In this document: in pieces, positions 56,943 through 64,000 of the stretch
How positions within the stretch are numbered: position 1 is the first letter of the stretch
Layout of the letters: each line of letters opens with the position of its first letter
Assembly (NCBI GenBank): GCA_044344255.1
Contig: JBIJDH010000007.1
Span: 128,001-192,000 of the forward strand
Direction: 5' to 3'
DNA from: Myxococcota bacterium
GTDB taxonomy: Bacteria > Myxococcota_A > UBA796 > UBA2385
DNA length: 64,000 nt
Made by a program: the position numbers and the translations under genes
The notes under the pieces: model-generated
Database searches by the model: none
Seen by the model: only the letters and a program-made list of their open reading frames with translations
What the model was told of the DNA's origin: nothing

Positions 56943-57923
56943 TCAGGCGGGGGTCGGCTCACGCCCCTCACGCAGCGCGCGGAGGCCCCGCTCGACGAAG
57001 TGGCGGGCCATCTGCCGGCGCCACGTGGGATCTCCGGCGACGGAGCCCTGGGGGCGGGTGCGCTTGTGCACCCGCTCGCCGATAGCCTGCACGGTGTCCT
57101 CGTCGAGCGGCCGCCCGAAGAAGTCGGACAGGCCGGCGATCGGCTTCGGCTGCGGGTTCACAGCGCCGATGACGACCTCGAGGGCGGCGAGCGACTCGCC
57201 CTCCATCCGGCCGATGATGGCCACCCCGACCTGCGGGAAGTCAATCGCGCCGCGCGTGCGGAGCTTTTGATAGGAGCCTCGGCTGCCCTTCGGTTGGGCG
57301 GGCACCACCACCTCGGTGAGCAGCTCGCCCTTTTGGAGGGCGAGGTGGTCCATCCCGTTGAACCGATAGAGGTCGCGGAGTGCGAGCTCTCGGTGGCCGG
57401 CGGGGCCGAGCAGGCGGATCCGGGCGTCGAGGGCGAGCAGCACCGGCACGGTGTCACTGGACTGGCTGGCCACGCAGGTCTTTGGGCCGTTGACGACGTG
57501 GCACCAGTCCCCCTCCGCCTTCAGGCAGTGGCCGAGGGCCTGTCGCCAGAAGGCGGTCTGGTTGTAGAAGAGGCAGCGGGTGTCGAGCAGGATGTTCCCG
57601 CCGAGGGTGCCCATGTTGCGGATCTGCGGCCCCGCTACGAGGCCGGCGGCGGTGGCGAGGGGGCCGAGCACGGGCTCGCGGGCCAGGGCCGAGAGGCGGG
57701 TGCCGGCCCCGATGACCCACTCCCCGCGCTCCTGGCCGAGGCCGCGGGTGAGCGCGCGGGACAGGCCGATCAGGCGCTTAGGTTGGAAGATGCGGTGCTT
57801 CAGGTTGGGCAGGAGGTCGGTGCCTCCGGCCACGTACATCGCTTCGCCGTCGTCGCCGAAGCGCTCCACCGCCTCCTCGGGGCTGAGGGCGGACTGAAAG
57901 GTGAAGCCGTCCATCCTCAACAT
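56943..57923 (-). CDS. hcrB: FAD subunit with [4Fe-4S] insert, 4-hydroxybenzoyl-CoA reductase beta-like
   Basis: AGGTDLLPNLK, IRNMGTLGGN, DTRCLFYNQTAFWR..HCLK..CHV..C, RGAIDFP. Confidence 0.8.
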   Translation of the reverse strand: MLRMDGFTFQSALSPEEAVERFGDDGEAMYVAGGTDLLPNLKHRIFQPKRLIGLSRALTRGLGQERGEWVIGAGTRLSALAREPVLGPLATAAGLVAGPQIRNMGTLGGNILLDTRCLFYNQTAFWRQALGHCLKAEGDWCHVVNGPKTCVASQSSDTVPVLLALDARIRLLGPAGHRELALRDLYRFNGMDHLALQKGELLTEVVVPAQPKGSRGSYQKLRTRGAIDFPQVGVAIIGRMEGESLAALEVVIGAVNPQPKPIAGLSDFFGRPLDEDTVQAIGERVHKRTRPQGSVAGDPTWRRQMARHFVERGLRALREGREPTPA

Positions 57924-60760
57924 GAGGCCGCTCCTGCCTGCTCGGCCCGCGCGCGGATGGCCGCCAGGACGACGTCGGGGGTGAAGGGGAGGCGCCGGAG
58001 CCGCACGCCCACGGCGTCGAAGATCGCGTTGGCGATCGCGGGGATGATGGGGTGGAGGGGGCCCTCGCCCGCCTCCTTGGCCCCATACGGCCCGCCGGGG
58101 TCTATCGTCTCGACGATTCGGGCCAGGATGTCGGGCGTCTCGACGCTGGTGGGGATTCGGTAGTCGAGGAGGTTCGGCCCGGTGTGGAGGCCGCGGGAGT
58201 CAAAGACCTGCGCCTCCATCAGGGCCTCGGCGTAGCCCATGTAGACGGAGCCCTCGATCTGCCCCTCGACGAGGAGGGGGTTGAGCGCTCGCCCGCAGTC
58301 GTGGGCCACCCAGACGCGCTCGACCTTGACGATGCCCGTCTCGGGGTCGACCGTGACCTCGGCCACATGGGCGGTGGTGGAGTAGGCGGGCGAGGCGCCG
58401 ATGGTGCCGCCGCGGTACTCGCCGCCCACCTCGCGGGTGCGGTAGCCGCCGGTGGTGCCCAGCGTGCCGGTAGCGGCCTCGGCGAGCTGGAGCACCTGCT
58501 GGACGGGGATCTGTCGGCCAGGGTCGCGGCGATCGTACCAGGCGCCGAGGGCGACGCCGATCTGCTCTTCGGGGACCCCCCAGTGGGCGGCGAGGCTCAC
58601 CACCATGCGCTCGCGGAGGGCGCGCCCGGCCTCTTGGGCGGCGATGCCGCACATATAGGTGACCCGCGAGCTGTAGGCGCCGAGGTCGACCGGCGTGAGG
58701 TCGGTGTCATGGCTCACGACGACGATGTCGTCGGGGGGCACCCCTGTCTCTTCGGCGACGATCCAGGTGAGCATCCCGTCCGAACCCTGCCCGATGTCGG
58801 AGGCCCCGCAGAAGATCGTGATCTTCCCGGAGCGGTCTGCACGCAGCTGGACCGCCGACTGGGGCATCTTGTTCGGATAGATTGGATAGGCCGTGCCGGA
58901 GATGTACATCGAGCAGGCCACACCCAGCCCGCGGCCGAAGGGGAGCTTCCCGTGCCGCTCCCGCCACTCGCTGTCTCGCTCAACCACGTCGAGGCACTCG
59001 CGGAGGCCGGTGCTCGGCAGGAGCTGACCGTTCACCGTGCGCTCGCCCGAGACCATCGCGTTTCGGCGTCGGAGCTCGATGGGATCGATGCTCAGCCGCT
59101 CGGCGACCTCGTCGAGGGCGCACTCGAAGGCGAAGCGCGGCTGAACGGAGCCGTGGCCGCGCTTGGGGCCGCAGGTCGGCTTGTTCGTATAGTAGCGTGT
59201 GGCCTTGAAGTGATAGGCCGCGAACTGGACCGGTCCGGTGAGGATCTGCCCCGCGTAGTAGGTGGTGATCATGCCGAAGGAGTGGTAGGCGCCGCCGTCG
59301 ATGCGGATGTCGTTGTCGACGGCGAGCAGCTTGCCGTCGGCGTCGGCGCCGATACGAATCTTCATCTCCATCGGGTGGCGCCCGCGGTGCGCGTAGAAGA
59401 CCTCCTCCCGAGTGTAGAGGATCTTCACCGGTCGACCTGCCTTTCGGGCCAGGTGGGCCACACAGAACTCGAGGTCGAAGGGCTCGGACTTCCCGCCGAA
59501 GGCCCCGCCGAGGGCCGGCTGGATGACGCGGATGTTGGCCTGGGGAACCCCGATGACCTTGGCGAGCTCTCTGTGCAGGTAGTGGGGCACCTGGGTGGCC
59601 GACCAGAGGGTGAGCCGCCCGTCGGGCGACCAGTCGGCGATGGCGCAGTGGGGCTCGATCGGGGCGTGGGTGCTGCCCTCGTAGAAGTACTCGGCGCTCA
59701 CGGTGGTGGTGGCGTCTCGGAAGCCGCCCTCGACGTCCCCGAAGTCGAGGTCGACGGTCTTACACTCGTTGGAGGTGCGCGGGCGGCCCTTCCAATCGAC
59801 GTCGTGGACGAGCGGGGCGCCCTCGGCGGCGGCGGCGTCGAGGCTGAGGACGGCGGGGAGCGGGGCGTACTCGACCTCGATGAGGTCGAGGGCGCGGATC
59901 GCGGTCTCCTCGTCGACCGCGGCCACGGCGGCGACGCCGTCGCCGATGTAGCGCACCTTGTCGGTGCACAGGGCGGTCTCGTCGGGGGTCCAGGGGATGA
60001 CACAATAGGGCGTGGGGAGCTCCGCCCCCGTCATCACGGCGTAGACCCCGGGCAGCGCCTCGGCAGCCCGCGTGTCGACGCTGAGGATGCGGGCGTGGGC
60101 GTGCAGGGAGCGGAGGATGCGCCCGTGGGCCATCCGGGGGAGCGAGATGTCATCGGTGTAGAGCTCGATCCCCACGGCCTTCTTGATGCTGTCCGCCTTA
60201 CGTCCGCGGGCGCCGAGCAGCAGGAAGCCCTCGGCGGGCGGCGAGAGGCGCTGGGGCACCTCCATCCCGCGGCTGCCGGGCTTGCTCTGGCCGTCGAGGT
60301 TGCGGCTGGCGAGGCGCACGGCGTCGAAGATCTTGGTGTAGCCGGTACAACGACAGAGGTTGCCAGACAGGGCCTCTCGCACCTGCCCCTCGTCCGGACA
60401 GGGCTCGCGGCTGAGCAATGCCGCCGTCGAGCACATCATGCCCGGCTGGCAGAAGCCGCATTGGAGGGCGCCGGCCACGTCGAAGGCGCGGGGGATCAGC
60501 GGGGAGAGGCCCTCGACGGTGGTGATCTGCGCCCCCTCGCAGGCGGCGGCGAGGGTGCAGCAGGCGAGCACAGGCTCTCCGCCGAGGAGCACCGTACACG
60601 CGCCGCAGTCGCCCTTGTCGCAGCCCTGCTTTGTGCCGGTGAGGCGGATCTTGTAACGAAGCGCCTCGAGGAGGGTCCAGGTAGGGGGGACCAGGATCTC
60701 GTGTTCGTCGCCATTGACGTGCAGGGTCACGCGGGCTTGGGGGGGCGGGCGTACGGTCAT
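57917..60760 (-). CDS. Fused 2x[2Fe-2S] + molybdopterin subunit, xanthine-oxidase family (HcrC-HcrA-like)
   Basis: GTKQGCDKGDCGAC, QCGFC, GNLCRCTGY; GGAFGGK, RGHG, DIGQG, YSSRVT, GPYGAKEAGE. Confidence 0.88.
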   Translation of the reverse strand: MTVRPPPQARVTLHVNGDEHEILVPPTWTLLEALRYKIRLTGTKQGCDKGDCGACTVLLGGEPVLACCTLAAACEGAQITTVEGLSPLIPRAFDVAGALQCGFCQPGMMCSTAALLSREPCPDEGQVREALSGNLCRCTGYTKIFDAVRLASRNLDGQSKPGSRGMEVPQRLSPPAEGFLLLGARGRKADSIKKAVGIELYTDDISLPRMAHGRILRSLHAHARILSVDTRAAEALPGVYAVMTGAELPTPYCVIPWTPDETALCTDKVRYIGDGVAAVAAVDEETAIRALDLIEVEYAPLPAVLSLDAAAAEGAPLVHDVDWKGRPRTSNECKTVDLDFGDVEGGFRDATTTVSAEYFYEGSTHAPIEPHCAIADWSPDGRLTLWSATQVPHYLHRELAKVIGVPQANIRVIQPALGGAFGGKSEPFDLEFCVAHLARKAGRPVKILYTREEVFYAHRGRHPMEMKIRIGADADGKLLAVDNDIRIDGGAYHSFGMITTYYAGQILTGPVQFAAYHFKATRYYTNKPTCGPKRGHGSVQPRFAFECALDEVAERLSIDPIELRRRNAMVSGERTVNGQLLPSTGLRECLDVVERDSEWRERHGKLPFGRGLGVACSMYISGTAYPIYPNKMPQSAVQLRADRSGKITIFCGASDIGQGSDGMLTWIVAEETGVPPDDIVVVSHDTDLTPVDLGAYSSRVTYMCGIAAQEAGRALRERMVVSLAAHWGVPEEQIGVALGAWYDRRDPGRQIPVQQVLQLAEAATGTLGTTGGYRTREVGGEYRGGTIGASPAYSTTAHVAEVTVDPETGIVKVERVWVAHDCGRALNPLLVEGQIEGSVYMGYAEALMEAQVFDSRGLHTGPNLLDYRIPTSVETPDILARIVETIDPGGPYGAKEAGEGPLHPIIPAIANAIFDAVGVRLRRLPFTPDVVLAAIRARAEQAGAASC

Positions 60761-60834
60761 GGGCTCTCCGGCTGCGCCCCTTAACTTGCCGGTCTTGCTG
60801 CGGATGAGGGGCCCAGCCGGTTAGGCCCGGGCGG

Positions 60835-61923
60835 ATGTCGCTCCACCGCCATGGTCCGCTGACGCGCCGCACCGCCCGCACCCTCGCCTGCTGCCTCGCG
60901 GCGGCCTTCCTCCTGGCCTGCCCAAAGGACGAGGACATCGGCGGCTCGGAGGCCTCGGCGCCGGTCACCGGCCTCGTGCTCCCAGAGACGCCCGGCCTCG
61001 TCGCCCACCTGGAGTACACCGGGCCGGAGCGTCGCTACGTCGGCCCCGCCCGGCTGCGCTTCAAGGGGGACCGCGCGCCCTTCGAGGTCGAGGTCGAGGA
61101 CTTCGATCAGGCCGAGACCTTCGTGTTCCACCTCGAGTCCGAGGCCCCCGCCCGCTTCGGCGCCGCCGAGGGGGTGCGCGGCACGGACTCCGGCAGCTGG
61201 CTCCGCGAGAAGGGCCGCCTGCTCGCTAACATCGAGCGGACGCTCCCCGACGGATCGAAGGCCCGCTTCATCCTCACCGCCAACCTGATCCCGGCGCCGA
61301 TCGCCGCCCCCGACAAGCGCTGGCCCGCCGGGACGACGCTCTATTACGGTCGCTCCTACGACGATAAGCCCATCACAAAAGTGGTGCCGATGGCGCTCAC
61401 CGCCAAGGTGGGCACGGTGAGCGACGGGAGCCGGGTCCTCAAGTGGAAGGCCGATCTCGATCCCGCGACCCAACAGACCATCACCGGGGAGCTCACGGTG
61501 TCGGGGCGGCGGCTGATCCCCGCGGCGCTGGTCGAGAAGGGAGAGCGGCACGAAGACCGCTTCGATCGCGGCGAAGAGGTGACCGACGCCACCAGCCTCT
61601 TCCTCTCCCGCGCCGTGCTCCGTAACCTCCAGCGGTACGGCGGCTCGGCCTGGCACGACGTCGAGGTCTGCCCGAAGGGGGTGATGGTGCGCCATCAGTC
61701 GCTCGAGGTGCTGGTGCAGGCCGATGACGCGGTCTGGCGGATCCCCGCCCTCGTGGGCACCGCTTGCGAGGGGAGGGCGATCTACGTGATCACCGATGAC
61801 CCCGTCGATCCGCTGCTGCTCAGCGTCTCCCGCCCCGGCTACCAGATGAAGCTGATGGCCGTGGGGCGGCCGGTCACCGATCCCGGGGCCGCCAAGGCGG
61901 GCTCAGACCAACCGAAGCCTTAG
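60835..61923 (+). CDS. Hypothetical lipoprotein
   Basis: Lipobox FLLAC; GC3-biased frame. Confidence 0.7.
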   Translation: MSLHRHGPLTRRTARTLACCLAAAFLLACPKDEDIGGSEASAPVTGLVLPETPGLVAHLEYTGPERRYVGPARLRFKGDRAPFEVEVEDFDQAETFVFHLESEAPARFGAAEGVRGTDSGSWLREKGRLLANIERTLPDGSKARFILTANLIPAPIAAPDKRWPAGTTLYYGRSYDDKPITKVVPMALTAKVGTVSDGSRVLKWKADLDPATQQTITGELTVSGRRLIPAALVEKGERHEDRFDRGEEVTDATSLFLSRAVLRNLQRYGGSAWHDVEVCPKGVMVRHQSLEVLVQADDAVWRIPALVGTACEGRAIYVITDDPVDPLLLSVSRPGYQMKLMAVGRPVTDPGAAKAGSDQPKP

Positions 61924-61936
61924 ACCACCCGTAGCC

Positions 61937-63763
61937 TTAGACCACCCCCAGCCACAGGCGGCGGGCGGCGAAGAGCTCGAGGGCGTCGTGTTCGACCTTG
62001 CCGGCGGCGGCCTCCCGCCGGAGGATCTGGAGCGCGGTGTCGGCGGAGAGGCTCGACTTGTACGGGCGGTCGCCGGCGGTCAGCGCGTCGAAGATGTCGG
62101 CGATGGTCATGATGCGGGCGCCGTAGGGGATCTCGTCTCCCTTGAGGCCTCGGGGATAGCCGGTGCCGTCCAGCTTCTCGTGGTGGGCGAAGGCGAGCTC
62201 GGGCACCCGCTTGAGGTCACGGGTCCAGGGGATGATCTTCAGGAATTGGTGGGTGTGGGTGACATGGCTCTCGATCTCGCGCCGCTCGTCGGGGTCGAGG
62301 GAGCCGTAGGGGATGCACAGTCGACTGGCCTCCCTGCGCGACAGCACCGGCTCGCCCATGTCATCGAGCTCCCAGGCCTGGCTGATGCGCTCGAGCTCTC
62401 GGGCATCATCGAGGCTCGTCAGTGTGTTCGGTCGGTTCAAGCGGCGGATCGTGGATAGATCGCGCTTGAGCTCGCCCATGCGGTGGCTCACGCCCGGCAG
62501 GTCGCGGTTGTCGCGGATGCTCTCGAGCATGACCTGCATGGCGGCGAGGCGGAATCGGGCCTCGATCCCAGACATCTCCCAGGAGAAGAGCTTGTCTGCC
62601 TTGAGCAGCACCTGCTCGCGCACCCCGACCTTGCCAAAGTCATGAAGCATCGCCGCGTAGTGAAGCTCCGTGAGCTCCGCCTCTCCGAAACGAAGGTGGC
62701 GGAAGGGGGGATCGGTGGAGACGGTGATCTCGGCGGCGATCCGACGGGTGAGCTCGGCCACGCGGTGGGAGTGGCCGCCGGTGGTGGGGTCACGGGCCTC
62801 GATGGCGGTGACCGCAGCCTCGACGAAGCCGTCGAACAGCCCTCGGATCTCTCGGTAGAGACGGTAGTTTTCAAGGGCCACCGCCGCCTGGGAGCTGATC
62901 GAGCCGGCGAGGTCGATCTGCTGCTCGGTGAAGGGCTTCACGCGGTCGAAGTCGGTGATCGGCTGGCCGGAGATCGCCTTTCTGTTCACGAGCACCAGCA
63001 CGCCGAGCACCACGCCGTCGCGGTCGGTCATCGGGACGAGCAGGAGGGAGCGCGTCTCGTAGCCGGTCTCGGCGTCAAAGCTGAACTGGGGCCGGTAGGG
63101 CGCGTCGCTCGGGATCGCGTGGGTGTCGGGGATGTTGAGCGGCTGGCCGGTGAGGGCCACGAAGCCCGTGAGCGAGCGGTCGTCGATGCGGAGCTCGGTG
63201 TGCGGCGCTCGGAAGGGGATCGTGTCGTTCTGGCTGCAGAAGAAGCGCAGGTGGCCGCGCTCGACGAGGTAGATGCTGCCGCCGTCTGCGAAGAGCGCGC
63301 GCCGGGCCTGGGTGAGCACCGTGTCGAGGAGGTCGGCCTGGCTCGTCTGCGCAGACAAGGCGAGGCCGATCTCGTTCAGGGTGCGGATCGTCTGTCGCTC
63401 TCCCCGCACCCGGTTGAGCAGCTGGTCTCGCTCGACGAGGTTGCGGAGCGTGCGCTTGAGGCGCCCGCGCACCTGCTCCGGGGTGATGACCTCGTAACAC
63501 TCGAGATCCAGGCGGTGGCTGATGGCGATGACGTTGGAGCCGAGCTTCCCGCCCGCGCGGACGAGCGTGAGGTCGGCCACGACGACGCAGCCGTAGAGCT
63601 CGGAGGGCTCGCCCGTGGCGCTGCGCACGAAGTCGGCGCCGATCGACCGGGCGACATCGCGGACAAGGAGGGTGTAGGGGCTGTTGGGGGGGACGCAGGT
63701 CACCTGAGGCCGATCGCGGACGGTCGGCTCGGCTTCCAGCACCAGCGAGGCGAGGGCTTCCAT
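61937..63763 (-). CDS. GAF + HD-GYP cyclic-dinucleotide phosphodiesterase
   Basis: GAF (YETRSLLLVPM, VLVLVN); GHSHRV, LHDFGK, HHEKLDGTGYPRGL, IADIFDALT..RPYK. Confidence 0.93.
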   Translation of the reverse strand: MEALASLVLEAEPTVRDRPQVTCVPPNSPYTLLVRDVARSIGADFVRSATGEPSELYGCVVVADLTLVRAGGKLGSNVIAISHRLDLECYEVITPEQVRGRLKRTLRNLVERDQLLNRVRGERQTIRTLNEIGLALSAQTSQADLLDTVLTQARRALFADGGSIYLVERGHLRFFCSQNDTIPFRAPHTELRIDDRSLTGFVALTGQPLNIPDTHAIPSDAPYRPQFSFDAETGYETRSLLLVPMTDRDGVVLGVLVLVNRKAISGQPITDFDRVKPFTEQQIDLAGSISSQAAVALENYRLYREIRGLFDGFVEAAVTAIEARDPTTGGHSHRVAELTRRIAAEITVSTDPPFRHLRFGEAELTELHYAAMLHDFGKVGVREQVLLKADKLFSWEMSGIEARFRLAAMQVMLESIRDNRDLPGVSHRMGELKRDLSTIRRLNRPNTLTSLDDARELERISQAWELDDMGEPVLSRREASRLCIPYGSLDPDERREIESHVTHTHQFLKIIPWTRDLKRVPELAFAHHEKLDGTGYPRGLKGDEIPYGARIMTIADIFDALTAGDRPYKSSLSADTALQILRREAAAGKVEHDALELFAARRLWLGVV

Positions 63764-63863
63764 GCCTCGGCATCCTACCGGAAGGGGGGGGGGCTGGAAA
63801 GGGTCGGCCCTTGCCCGACCGGCGGGGCGGCCATACAGCGGGCCCCTCCTCTCGGAGGGTGGG

Positions 63864-64000
63864 ATGGTCGAGTCGAGCGCTCGTGTGGCGGTGGTCCTCG
63901 CGGCGGGGATGGGCACCCGGATGTGCTCGAGGCGGAGCAAGGTGCTGCATCCGCTCCTGGGTCGGGCGATGGTGGCCTTCCCGGTGAGCGCGGCCCAAGC
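63864..64000 (+). CDS. glmU: GlmU N-terminus (partial)
   Basis: Hand translation MVESSARVAVVLAAGMGTRMCSRRSKVLHPLLGRAMV, with GGAGG upstream. Confidence 0.85.
   Translation, partial: MVESSARVAVVLAAGMGTRMCSRRSKVLHPLLGRAMVAFPVSAAQ

Overview
A very GC-rich bacterial chromosome segment. The gene families present (MopE-type Cys/Asp repeats, TSP3-OmpA, CotH lipoproteins, multi-FHA protein, Hanks kinase, stand-alone EF-G) suggest Myxococcota or a related deltaproteobacterium; this is inferred, not proven. About 50 genes are real, and most long ORFs in the track are antisense shadows. Housekeeping parts are tadA-tRNA-Ser(CGA)-tRNA-Ser(GGA)-ffs-dnaX-recR, nagZ, lpxD, an rlmD-like methyltransferase, fusA and partial glmU. 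Accessory parts are (i) a ~8 kb block between a sensor kinase and a NarL-type regulator, holding an orphan toxin-like protein, a LamG/heparinase lipoprotein and an IS91-type transposase relic, and (ii) a 35.5-45 kb run of surface lipoproteins ending in an ECF sigma/ChrR pair. Not represented, or only partly, in the ORF track: a CxxU SelW/Rdx selenoprotein with a SECIS-like hairpin, a YadA-like fibre gene at the left edge, a MopE/FG-GAP gene split at a C5 tract, and the glmU start. The best candidates for undescribed systems are the EF-G-linked ATPase-SLOG fusion, the sigmaE/ChrR-promoter-driven four-repeat His-cluster lipoprotein operon, and the immunity-less RNase-A-like effector. All family assignments come from manual motif recognition; no database search was run.
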